64,000 nucleotides of DNA from Candidatus Bilamarchaeaceae archaeon (GCA_038870635.1 JAVZJR010000004.1:21025-85024); one strand, 5' to 3'; counted from the first letter of the stretch, positions 36,966 through 46,329 are shown. A program made the numbers and translations. Notes: generated by a model not told the origin, from the letters alone.

Positions 36966-39533
36966 ATGGAGAATCCAAAAGGTTTATCTAGTGCGGAAGC
37001 AAAGAGATTGCTTGAAAAGTTTGGGCCTAATTCTTTACCTGAGAAAAAAAGAAGACCGTTGTGGAAATTGTTTCTTGATCAATTTCAAGATACAATGATC
37101 ATTGTTCTTATTATTGCTGCTATCATTTCTTATCTTCTGGGCGAAGCAACAGATGCATTTCTTATCATTTTTATAGTTTTATTAAACGGTGTATTAGGCT
37201 TTGTGCAAGAGTATAAAGCGGAGCAAGCATTCAAAGCTTTAAAAGCAATGCTCACGCAAAATGCTCGGGTATGGCGTGATGGTAAGCTAAAGTCTATTGA
37301 TGTTAAAGAAATAGTCCCCGGTGATTTGGTACTTTTAGAAGCAGGCGACCGTGTTCCAGCCGATGGGGTTTTTGTTGAAGGTTTTTCTTTTGCATGTGAT
37401 GAAGCAATGCTCACTGGTGAATCCGTGCCTGTACATAAAAAGAAAGATGACCGCGTTTTTATGGGAACGACTTGTTTATCTGGAAAAGGGCATATTTTGG
37501 TTGATAAGACAGGTGCTGCTACTGATGTGGGAAGGGTGGCGGAGTTAGTGCAGGAAGTCGAAGAGGAAAGAACCCCATTAGAAGTTGATTTTGAAAAACT
37601 CGGAAAATCTATTGCAATAGGCGTATTGGTCCTTTGTTTTTTTATTTTTGTTGCGGGGGTTCTACATGGTTTTGAAATATTTGAAATGTTTATAACCTCT
37701 ATTAGTTTAGCCGTTGCGGCTATTCCTGAAGGCTTACCTGCTGTGTTAACCATAATCTTAGCCGTTGGAGTACAAAGAATGGCAAAAAGAAAGGCTTTGA
37801 TAAGAAAATTAAAAGCAGTTGAGACTCTTGGTTGTACTACAGTTATCGCAACAGATAAGACTGGTACACTTACACGAAATGAAATGGTCGTTAAAAAAAT
37901 TTATGTGAACAATCGCCTTATTGATGTTGACGGGATTGGTTATACACCAAAAGGCAACTTTTACGAGAAAGGAAAAAAAATAACTATCGGTAAAGATGAA
38001 GAATTACTTTTAAGGATAGGGCTTCTTTGTAATTCATCATACTTGCGAGATGATGAAAAAAAAGGATGGCATATTATAGGAGATTCAACAGAAGGGGCTC
38101 TTGTAGTGCTTGCAGCAAAGGCAGATATGTGGAAAGACGATGCCTCTAAAAATTTTCCAGAAGTGGCAGTTTTCCCATTTGATTCTGAAAGAAAAAGAAT
38201 GACAACAATACATAAAATTGAGAAAGGACGGGTAGCATATTCAAAAGGTGCGCCCGAATCTATCATATCTGTTTCATCTTTTATATTAAAAAATAGCAAA
38301 AAAGTAAAACTAACACAAAAAGACAAAGAAGAAGTGCTAAACCTTGCAAATTCATTTGCTTCAGACGGTTATCGTGTACTTGCGTTTGCTTATCGTGAAA
38401 TTGACCATATCGAACTTTCTGCAGATAAAGTTGAAAAGGATCTTGTATTTATCGGCCTGGCCGCAATGATAGACGCTCCCAGGCAAGAAGTAAAGGACGC
38501 CGTAGCTATGTGTAAATCTGCGGGTATAAAAGTAATCATGATAACTGGCGACCATCCATTAACTGCTAAGAATATAGCTGCTTATCTTGGCTTTTTTAAT
38601 GGTAAGATGATGACGGGGGAGCAACTTGATAAAATAGGTGAAGATGAACTTCTTTCCATTGTTGATGAAGTTTCAGTGTATGCAAGAGTAAATCCTACTC
38701 ATAAGTTGCGTATAGTTGAAGCATTGAAAAGAAAAGGACATGTTGTTGCGGTTACTGGTGATGGAGTTAACGATGCACCAGCACTTAAAAAAGCAGATAT
38801 AGGAATAGCGATGGGCATTACAGGCACTGATGTTTCAAAAGAAAGTGCAGATATGGTCCTTAACGATGATAATTTCTCTACTATTGTTGCTGCTGTTGAA
38901 GAAGGTCGTGGCGTTTACGATAACATCAAAAAAACCATCACTTACCTGTTTTCTGGGAATATAGCGGAAGTAGCAATAATATTTTTTGCTATAATGCTAG
39001 GTTTTCCGCTTCCACTTCTTGCCTTCCAAATACTATGGATAAACTTAATAACTGATGGTCTTCCTGCTCTTGCTTTGGCAGTGGAACCTATTGAGAAAGA
39101 TGTGATGAAAAGAAAGCCGAGAAGTAGAAACGAATCAGTATGGAAGGATACCTATTTGTTTATCGTTGAAGCTCCACTTTTGCTTACAGCTATGTGTCTA
39201 GGCATATTCTTTTTTGAGCTTACATACGTAAATGATTTAGTAAGGGCTCAAACAATGGTTTTCACCATGCTTATTATGGGCGAAAAATTGCTTGCTTTTA
39301 GTGTGCGTCATTTAAATAAAACAGTAATTAATGATCTATTCTCAAATAAATGGTTAGTTCTTTTAGTAATCGTAACTACATTAATTCATTTTGCTATATT
39401 GTACGTTGAAGATTTATCTCATATATTTAAAGTGGTGCCTCTCACTCTGTTTGATTGGGGGCTTATTTTTGTTTTTTCCTTTATCTTATTTTCTTACATA
39501 GAGCTTAGAAAATGGTTGTCTTATAAAAAATAA
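36966..39533 (+). CDS. P-type ATPase, Ca2+-transporting (type II-like)
   Basis: TGES, DKTGTLT, MITGD and VTGDGVNDAPALKKADIG motifs, with 10 TM helices. Confidence 0.9.
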   Translation: MENPKGLSSAEAKRLLEKFGPNSLPEKKRRPLWKLFLDQFQDTMIIVLIIAAIISYLLGEATDAFLIIFIVLLNGVLGFVQEYKAEQAFKALKAMLTQNARVWRDGKLKSIDVKEIVPGDLVLLEAGDRVPADGVFVEGFSFACDEAMLTGESVPVHKKKDDRVFMGTTCLSGKGHILVDKTGAATDVGRVAELVQEVEEERTPLEVDFEKLGKSIAIGVLVLCFFIFVAGVLHGFEIFEMFITSISLAVAAIPEGLPAVLTIILAVGVQRMAKRKALIRKLKAVETLGCTTVIATDKTGTLTRNEMVVKKIYVNNRLIDVDGIGYTPKGNFYEKGKKITIGKDEELLLRIGLLCNSSYLRDDEKKGWHIIGDSTEGALVVLAAKADMWKDDASKNFPEVAVFPFDSERKRMTTIHKIEKGRVAYSKGAPESIISVSSFILKNSKKVKLTQKDKEEVLNLANSFASDGYRVLAFAYREIDHIELSADKVEKDLVFIGLAAMIDAPRQEVKDAVAMCKSAGIKVIMITGDHPLTAKNIAAYLGFFNGKMMTGEQLDKIGEDELLSIVDEVSVYARVNPTHKLRIVEALKRKGHVVAVTGDGVNDAPALKKADIGIAMGITGTDVSKESADMVLNDDNFSTIVAAVEEGRGVYDNIKKTITYLFSGNIAEVAIIFFAIMLGFPLPLLAFQILWINLITDGLPALALAVEPIEKDVMKRKPRSRNESVWKDTYLFIVEAPLLLTAMCLGIFFFELTYVNDLVRAQTMVFTMLIMGEKLLAFSVRHLNKTVINDLFSNKWLVLLVIVTTLIHFAILYVEDLSHIFKVVPLTLFDWGLIFVFSFILFSYIELRKWLSYKK

Positions 39534-39551
39534 TGAGTATGGATGGTATAT

Positions 39552-39701
39552 ATGGAAATCGCAGGGCTATGTGGAATATGCAAAAAACCCGCAAGGGCTT
39601 TGATTTCGTGTATGCTATGTGGCAAGTTAGTTTGCGCGCTATGCCATTTCCAAGGTGTGTGTAAGGATTGTAGCAAAGGTCGCCATCTGAATCAGAGGTA
39701 G
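39552..39701 (+). CDS. Small (49 aa) 4xCxxC zinc-finger protein
   Basis: Not in the ORF track. Sequence: MEIAGLCGICKKPARALISCMLCGKLVCALCHFQGVCKDCSKGRHLNQR. Ends 3 nt before the next gene. Confidence 0.5.
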   Translation: MEIAGLCGICKKPARALISCMLCGKLVCALCHFQGVCKDCSKGRHLNQR

Positions 39702-39704
39702 AAT

Positions 39705-40655
39705 ATGTTTTTTTTAGATCTTGCGCTTTTGTTGTTTTTTATTTTCGTTCTATCCAAAACGGCAGACTTCGCAGTTGAAAACGCCGTAAAGATTTCTAGC
39801 TTTATTGGTTTGTCTAAACTTGCAGTTGGTTTGTTTTTAGTTTCAGTTCTTACCACTTTGCCAGAATTCACTGTATCTGTTTTATCTTCTTTGGCCGGTG
39901 CTGGAGAGATCGCAGCCGGTAATGTTTTCGGTTCTGTGGTGACTAATCTTATTCTTGTCTTAGGCTTTAGCGGTTTCCTGCACGGTGTAAAATTTAGTAA
40001 AAACGAAATAAAAGAAATTTTTATTGCAATATTGCTGATTTTTGCGATTTCAGTTTATGTCTTATTTGGAATTTTTTTGAAAGATATAACACTAGATTGG
40101 ATAGAAGGAGTAGGGTTTCTTTTAGTTTTCATTTTTTATTTCACTCATTTTATCAAGAAAAAAAGTAGTGAAAACGATTTGCACGTTGCAAAAAAAGAAG
40201 TTGCATTTTCTTTCATTATTTTTGTTTTTTCTATAATAGGTGTTATTTTGAGTTCAAATCTTTGTGTGGGATATGCATTGAAGATTGTTGAAGAAAGCAA
40301 CTTATCCTCTGCTTTTATAGGTCTTACAATAATCTCGATTGGTACATCATTGCCAGAACTTTCGGTGATATTGCAAGCAGCGAAAAGAAAAGAATATGGT
40401 GTTGCTGTTGGGAATAGTATTGGGAGTAGTATCATAAACATAACATTTATACTGGGTGCTTCTTCACTAATCCGACCATTGGCTCTGCATTCAGTAACTT
40501 TGATCATCGGTGTTATATTTTCTATTATCGCTGCAGTTTTTTTGCTTTATTTTGGTGCGCACCGCCAAAATATAAGCAGAGGAAGTGGTCTAATTTTTCT
40601 CCTTTGTTACTTATTTTTCTTAGTTCTTCTTTTTTACTCAAATAACTATCTATGA
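39705..40655 (+). CDS. Na+/Ca2+ exchanger (CaCA family)
   Basis: Two alpha-repeats, GNVFGSVVTNLILVLG and GNSIGSSIINITFILG. Confidence 0.85.
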   Translation: MFFLDLALLLFFIFVLSKTADFAVENAVKISSFIGLSKLAVGLFLVSVLTTLPEFTVSVLSSLAGAGEIAAGNVFGSVVTNLILVLGFSGFLHGVKFSKNEIKEIFIAILLIFAISVYVLFGIFLKDITLDWIEGVGFLLVFIFYFTHFIKKKSSENDLHVAKKEVAFSFIIFVFSIIGVILSSNLCVGYALKIVEESNLSSAFIGLTIISIGTSLPELSVILQAAKRKEYGVAVGNSIGSSIINITFILGASSLIRPLALHSVTLIIGVIFSIIAAVFLLYFGAHRQNISRGSGLIFLLCYLFFLVLLFYSNNYL

Positions 40656-40719
40656 CAAAAACATAGCATAGTTATATAAATAGATTACATAAAACTAATA
40701 TGCAGTTATGGGTGGGAAA

Positions 40720-42459
40720 ATGAAAAAGCTTATTTTATTTGCTTTCATAGTAGGTATCGCTTTTTTAGTGCTTGGTTGCTTGCAACAAGACGGTGAAAAG
40801 CAAACACAAAATCAAAATAGTGTTCAAGCACCAAAAGTTGTTGTGTTCTATGACCCTGCTAATGATGGGTTGGAGAAATTAATAATGGAGAAAACAAAAA
40901 ATCATTTGCCATCAGTTGCTTTTGATTTTAAGTGCGTTGATTTTACAAAGATTATGTACGGCCAAGCAAGCCAATCAGAGCAAAAATGTCTTATGGAAGA
41001 TCAATCCTATCAACAGAATATGGATCTTTTTAACAACCTTCTCCAAAAAAACATGACTGCTGTTATTTATGTAAATAAAGACGGAAATTATCTTCCAGTT
41101 CAAGTAGCAATCCATCCCCTAACTCTCGCAAAGAATATCTGTTCTTCTTATAACTATACTGAGTGTATCTATTTACCTCAAAATAAGCAATTAAAAGTTA
41201 AGGTTTATGCAAAAAATGCGAACGACATCCAATTTTATTCTCAATTGTTCTCAGTTCTTTCAAATTCTGGTCTTAATCTAGACCAAGAGCTCAAAATAGC
41301 TGATGAAGATGGCGTGCAATCATTGAAAAAGTCTACTAATGCAAAATTCCTTCCAATAATGTTAATCGAAAATGGAGCAGAAGACGATAATTTTGTGTTG
41401 GATATGTACACTGATTATATAATGCAAAGTTCGTCACTTTTTGAAGCCAAAAAAATAGATGATGGCTATGTTTTCTATCCCAGGGGAGGCACGGCAGAGT
41501 ACTATATCGGGGATGAACCTCTTATTGGAGCAAGTGCTTATGTTCCACAAGGAGAAACAAGTACGTATATAGGTATTTTCGATGGTTTAAGTTTTGTAGG
41601 TGTTTACTTGAATACAACTTACAAAGAGCTCAACAAAAGTGCAGCAAATGATTTAGGTAAAAAAACAAATATTTCTTATTTACCAATCTTAGTAATAGAA
41701 TCCGATAACTTAACTGATAACCAGAAAAAAGTACTTGAGAGTCTTATAGCACAGCCATTACAGATACAAAGTGGTTTGGTTCTGTATGTTAAGCAAATTG
41801 ATGGTGTTTATTATGCATATACTTCTCTTTCCTCGCCAGAGCTCTACATAGGAAAGAAGTTAGAGAAAGTTACACTTGATCTTTATGTCATGTCGCACTG
41901 TCCTTTTGGCATACAAATGCAAAAAGCTTTTGTACCGGTAGTTGAGGCTTTTAAGGACAGCGGTCGTTTACAAGTTAATAATAAGTTTGTTTATTACACC
42001 ATGCACGGTGATGAGGAAACAAATGACAATTTATATGAATATTGTGTAGGCGCAAAGGTGCCTGCAAAAGAATGGGATTTCATAAAATGTTTTATAGAGA
42101 ATAATGGCGACGAAAACAAATGTATGCAGAATCTTGGTATAGATAAAAACTTAATAGATCAGTGCGTTAGCGAATCAAAAGCAAAGTATAAAATAAGCGG
42201 TACTTCGTTCCCCATTTATGCAGAAGAAAACCAAAAGTACGGAGTGCAAGGTTCACCTACAGTTGTTTTTATGGGAAAGCAAGTGCAGTTGAATAGAAGT
42301 CCAGAGGCTATAAAAGAGTTTGTTTGCAGTATGCTTGAGGAACCATTGCCAGCAGCATGCAGCGCAAATTTAAGTAATAATATTGTAGCTTATGGTTTTG
42401 GTCCTATAGATAGTACTTCCTCGCCCTCTTCTGCTGGATCGGTAGGAAGTTGTGGTTAA
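40720..42459 (+). CDS. Lipoprotein-like secreted protein with a C-terminal DsbA/thioredoxin-like domain (CPFG instead of CxxC)
   Basis: Signal + lipobox FLVLGC. Shows VMSHCPFG...GVQGSPTVV (cis-Pro region). Has an internal duplicated module (FLPIMLIEN / YLPILVIES). Confidence 0.6.
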   Translation: MKKLILFAFIVGIAFLVLGCLQQDGEKQTQNQNSVQAPKVVVFYDPANDGLEKLIMEKTKNHLPSVAFDFKCVDFTKIMYGQASQSEQKCLMEDQSYQQNMDLFNNLLQKNMTAVIYVNKDGNYLPVQVAIHPLTLAKNICSSYNYTECIYLPQNKQLKVKVYAKNANDIQFYSQLFSVLSNSGLNLDQELKIADEDGVQSLKKSTNAKFLPIMLIENGAEDDNFVLDMYTDYIMQSSSLFEAKKIDDGYVFYPRGGTAEYYIGDEPLIGASAYVPQGETSTYIGIFDGLSFVGVYLNTTYKELNKSAANDLGKKTNISYLPILVIESDNLTDNQKKVLESLIAQPLQIQSGLVLYVKQIDGVYYAYTSLSSPELYIGKKLEKVTLDLYVMSHCPFGIQMQKAFVPVVEAFKDSGRLQVNNKFVYYTMHGDEETNDNLYEYCVGAKVPAKEWDFIKCFIENNGDENKCMQNLGIDKNLIDQCVSESKAKYKISGTSFPIYAEENQKYGVQGSPTVVFMGKQVQLNRSPEAIKEFVCSMLEEPLPAACSANLSNNIVAYGFGPIDSTSSPSSAGSVGSCG

Positions 42460-42468
42460 TCTATATTT

Positions 42469-42798
42469 TTATCTTTCTTTTTGGATTTTTGTAATACGTA
42501 TCCATTCATTGATTAATTCGTTCGCATTTCCTATCGAAATAACCATCAATTCTTCGCTTTCTAAACCTTTGTTTAATATTTCAGCAATTGTTGTTCCCAG
42601 CGCTGCATTATTTTCCTCTTTGCATCTATCCAAAAAGTAATCGAAGGCCGGTGCATATTTGTTGAATCTTTTTTTACTCTTGTCAATAACTTCAACTAAT
42701 TTTTTTTCATATTTTCCTTGAAGTTTATGGTCACACGTTTTGAATATTGCAACCCATGTTTGTATTGTTTCATATGGTATTTTTCCTTTTGCCATCAT
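42469..42798 (-). CDS. Hypothetical small helical protein
   Basis: 109-aa ORF. SD GAGGTAA lies 26 nt after the upstream gene. No family recognised. Confidence 0.45.
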   Translation of the reverse strand: MMAKGKIPYETIQTWVAIFKTCDHKLQGKYEKKLVEVIDKSKKRFNKYAPAFDYFLDRCKEENNAALGTTIAEILNKGLESEELMVISIGNANELINEWIRITKIQKER

Positions 42799-42824
42799 AT
42801 TAATTTACCTCTTATCTTATTTAA

Positions 42825-44732
42825 TTATAAGCTAATATAATTATAAATAAACGCAATGGCGTTGCGTACCCATGGTGGTAAATCTTCTTTTTGGAGATGC
42901 CATTTGGCCAAAGTTTTATTAATATCTTCGATTAGTGAAACAACCATCTTCGCGGTTTTGTTATCTAGGCCCATTTTTTCGAGCATATAATTTGTTACCT
43001 TATCTTCAATTTCTTTTGGAGTGCCAAAAAAGATTTTACATTTAATACTCGTATTGCCTATTTTTATATCGACTTGAGTGCCCACTCGTTTTGCTATATC
43101 TTTCGCATTAGGTTCTTTTATCACGTAACTTAGCCCACCGTTTTGCAATATTTTATTTGCTTCCTCTCGTGTTATTCTACCTTTTTTAACTAATTCATTA
43201 ATAACTGTTGCAGTTAAATAATCTGTATTAGTATGGCCAAGTTGATTAATAGTGGTGGGGCCAATCGCATTTAAGGATGGTTGATAAACACCTTTGCTAT
43301 TTTGTAGTGTCATTTCACTGAAAGCATTCAATATTCTCTGATCTTCGAACTCTAAAACCACCTTCATTCCATAATGATATTCTTGGCCGGGTATTGCTTT
43401 TTCTAATTTAATGGTTGAGGGCGTTTCTTTTAAATTTTTTACAAACTCGATAATCTTATTTTTATTTTTTGGTGAAAGATTTTTTATTGAATTATGCAAC
43501 TCAACATCGTTAATCAATTCTTCAATATTAAATAATTTTTCTTCTTTACCAATAGTATAATATATCTTTCCATTTTTTGCAAATACTGTAGCTTCTAGTA
43601 TGGATGCTTTACTACATATTTTTTTTATATCGTAAATGTCAGTAAGATTATATTTTTTGAATATCTCATTAGCGGATTCTTCTAACGCTTTATTAATTTC
43701 TTGTTTAAGGTTGCTACTACCCAGTATTGCAATTTCATCCCCTATTTGTGTTACTCTTACAACATAGCCTTTATCAGAAAGTTTTTTCATCGCATTGAAA
43801 TATACTTCAAGTCCAAGGTCGCCTAATTTTCTATCAACGTTGTTTAAAAGCCAGACCATGCTTTTATCGATTATAAAAATTTTTGTGTTTTTAGTGGCAA
43901 GCATTTCAATAACATCTTTGTTAAGGTTTACCAATTCTTCAAAGTTTTTATTAATTTTAGATAGCATTTCAAATATACTTTCATCTTTGTAGACTATGCT
44001 ATTTCGAATTTCTGTAAGATTAGCTCTAACATTTTTGGGTATTTTTTGAACAAATTCGTCTATTTCATTAATTATAGTAGAGGTTATCTTTTTATTTAAA
44101 AGTTTTTGTATCGCGTAATTTGAAAGTGTTTTTTTTAGCCATTTAAAGGCAGGGATCGTGGCACCTAAAATTGCAATTGAGCCTATAATATAAAGGTTTA
44201 ATTTATTTTCTGCCATCTCCCATTCCAGCCAGGCATTCATCAATGATGTTGGTAATCCAACGAGGGGAAGCGACTCTGTAATATTCTTTATTGTTTCTCT
44301 CGATATTATTTGTTCTTTTTTATAACCCAAATAATCATACACTAACTCTTTTGCTTGCTCAATAAATTCTAATGGCTTTGTTGTTGATTGAATTACAAAA
44401 TTCTTTATTTCTTCTGCACTTTGCCCAGCGCTTTTTTCGTTTAATTCTTTTATTATTTTGTCTAATTGTTCTGAAGCAGTTTTGAGGTTTTCTTTGGCGC
44501 TAATGAGCTGTATTTTATTTCCTGGCTCTTTTTCTAATTCGTTGATTTTACTGTTATAGTAATTTATAGTATTTTTAAGAGAATATAAGTAATTTATTGC
44601 AAGTATATAGGTGTGTAATTTATTGATTGGCTGTGTATGGTTGTCGTTAGTTTTTTTAATTTGTTGTGGCTGAGGAGTTATTCCTTCTATACTTTTTATA
44701 TTTTTTTCTATTTGACCCTTGTTGGTATTCAT
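42825..44732 (-). CDS. Hypothetical large protein: N-terminal coiled coil, one hydrophobic segment, about 430-aa unknown domain
   Basis: 635-aa ORF with TM-like LYIIGSIAILGATIPAF. No family recognised. Confidence 0.5.
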   Translation of the reverse strand: MNTNKGQIEKNIKSIEGITPQPQQIKKTNDNHTQPINKLHTYILAINYLYSLKNTINYYNSKINELEKEPGNKIQLISAKENLKTASEQLDKIIKELNEKSAGQSAEEIKNFVIQSTTKPLEFIEQAKELVYDYLGYKKEQIISRETIKNITESLPLVGLPTSLMNAWLEWEMAENKLNLYIIGSIAILGATIPAFKWLKKTLSNYAIQKLLNKKITSTIINEIDEFVQKIPKNVRANLTEIRNSIVYKDESIFEMLSKINKNFEELVNLNKDVIEMLATKNTKIFIIDKSMVWLLNNVDRKLGDLGLEVYFNAMKKLSDKGYVVRVTQIGDEIAILGSSNLKQEINKALEESANEIFKKYNLTDIYDIKKICSKASILEATVFAKNGKIYYTIGKEEKLFNIEELINDVELHNSIKNLSPKNKNKIIEFVKNLKETPSTIKLEKAIPGQEYHYGMKVVLEFEDQRILNAFSEMTLQNSKGVYQPSLNAIGPTTINQLGHTNTDYLTATVINELVKKGRITREEANKILQNGGLSYVIKEPNAKDIAKRVGTQVDIKIGNTSIKCKIFFGTPKEIEDKVTNYMLEKMGLDNKTAKMVVSLIEDINKTLAKWHLQKEDLPPWVRNAIAFIYNYISL

Positions 44733-44794
44733 TTTTTCACATTCTTAAAATTTGTATAAATTCAATACTTCAATATAAATTTTAAATTTTTGTT

Positions 44795-45097
44795 TTAGGA
44801 ATTTTCCATTTCTTTTTCATTTCTTATTCCTATCTGAAAATTTAAAATATCCCCATCAATTTTCAAGGTAATTGAGTAGTTATTGTTATCTTTTTTCTTA
44901 ACATTCCAACCAGTATAGGAACATTTTAATAGAAAGCTGCTTATATCTTTTTTAGAATTTTTACTTTCAGATAATACTCTTTCAACGGCCATATACTGTT
45001 TGTAGATAAAAGGGTTCTTTGTTCTTAATTCGTTTAATGATTCCTCTTTCCTACTTTTTGTGCGAATCTTTCCTTTATATTCCTCTACAACTATCAT
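44795..45097 (-). CDS. Hypothetical small protein
   Basis: 100-aa ORF starting 2 nt after the upstream stop, with the SD GGAGAG inside the upstream gene. Confidence 0.4.
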   Translation of the reverse strand: MIVVEEYKGKIRTKSRKEESLNELRTKNPFIYKQYMAVERVLSESKNSKKDISSFLLKCSYTGWNVKKKDNNNYSITLKIDGDILNFQIGIRNEKEMENS

Positions 45098-45099
45098 TT

Positions 45100-46269
45100 T
45101 TATCTCTCCTTGGATTTTTTTATTTTTTCTATTTCCTGTGCACCATAACCATCAATAAAATATTTTTCAAAATTATTTTTGCATTTTTCAGTTAGTGTTG
45201 TTAATACTCTTTCTAAACCATCTACTCTATCGCTATAGGGGAGGGGCTCTTCTTTATCATTAAACCAAACATCTTCGAGACTTCCTATCATTATTTTTGC
45301 TTTTTCGTTTTCATCTTTATAAATTAGCATTTCAAGTGGAGAATCGTGACCTATCCCCTTTTCGTGCATTTTTCGCAAAATTACGCCGAGCTCATAAAAT
45401 ATGTCATTAAGAATTTCTTCTTCTAATTCTTTAATCATTTTTGATATCGTTTCACCCTTTTCACTTAATATAGTAAAGTTACTTTTTTTAGTGTGTAGAA
45501 TACTCACTACTTCTTGTGTTGAAAAACCAGCTTCTTTTAGCTTTTCTATTTTATTTATAACAAATGGTTCCCACAGGAGAAGCCTCTTGATAGAGAACTT
45601 TTTTCCGTTTTCCTCCAAGTTGGCCAAGAATCTGAATGTCTCGTTTTCGATTCCAGTAGCGTAGCGTTGATAATTATACGATGCGCGATAATTTATTATA
45701 TTTTGTTTTTTTTCTATTATTTCTTTCATTTGTGCAATCTTTTCATTAGTTAGAGATCCTATACTTGGGGTTTTATAAAACTCGTCTAAAAATTTTTCAG
45801 ATGGGATGGTGTCAAGAAAATTTTTAAAAAATCTGTTATGCTCTCTTGCTAAATTTGAGTTTGGAAAAAAATTAAAACAACATATCGGCTCAACAATTTC
45901 TTTAAATGCTATATTACCACCGTTGCTAATATATCGCGCCGTCATCTCCTCTTCATTAATTGTAGTAAAAGCTGATAGTGCCTTTATCCACAATTTTGTT
46001 AAAATAAGATGATGGGCTGGGATAGTTATATTTTTTTCTTCAATTTTTATATAAACTTTACAATCGCTTCTAAAAATTTTTCCGGCTGTACTTGCTACTT
46101 TTAATAATTCTTCTTCACCGACTTTTTTTTCTATATTGCATTTTTTTATTAAATCCTCAAAAATCTCTTTAAACTCATTATAGTTTATTATTTTTTTTGG
46201 GTATTTAATAATGGGTTTTCTGTTAAAAAGTGCAATTGGGTTATCGTTTTTTTTGAATACACTCAACAC
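45100..46269 (-). CDS. Hypothetical protein with a degenerate RIO/Bud32-like kinase C-terminal region
   Basis: 389-aa ORF, GTG start after GGAGGG. C-terminal LRKMHEKGIGHDSPLEMLIY...IMIGSLEDV...DRVDGLERVL echoes the atypical-kinase catalytic region. The metal-binding Asn and DFG Asp are absent. Confidence 0.5.
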   Translation of the reverse strand: MLSVFKKNDNPIALFNRKPIIKYPKKIINYNEFKEIFEDLIKKCNIEKKVGEEELLKVASTAGKIFRSDCKVYIKIEEKNITIPAHHLILTKLWIKALSAFTTINEEEMTARYISNGGNIAFKEIVEPICCFNFFPNSNLAREHNRFFKNFLDTIPSEKFLDEFYKTPSIGSLTNEKIAQMKEIIEKKQNIINYRASYNYQRYATGIENETFRFLANLEENGKKFSIKRLLLWEPFVINKIEKLKEAGFSTQEVVSILHTKKSNFTILSEKGETISKMIKELEEEILNDIFYELGVILRKMHEKGIGHDSPLEMLIYKDENEKAKIMIGSLEDVWFNDKEEPLPYSDRVDGLERVLTTLTEKCKNNFEKYFIDGYGAQEIEKIKKSKER

Positions 46270-46321
46270 TATCCCTCCAAACCATTATTACTCCTTTTTA
46301 TACACATTTTTGGTGGTATCG

Positions 46322-46329
46322 TTTATAAA
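46322..46329. promoter_or_regulatory. Palindromic TATA-box-like TTTATAAA between divergent transcription units
   Basis: Lies about 25 nt upstream of the first base of the leader helix (46351-46354) on the + strand, and about 53 nt upstream of the GTG at 46269 on the - strand. Confidence 0.4.

Noticed and set aside
39536-39673. Alternative-frame 45-aa ORF (MSMDGIYGNRRAMWNMQKTRKGF...) overlapping the 4xCxxC ORF
   Set aside because: It has no recognisable motif. The other frame carries eight regularly spaced Cys and ends 3 nt before the next gene, so that frame is preferred.
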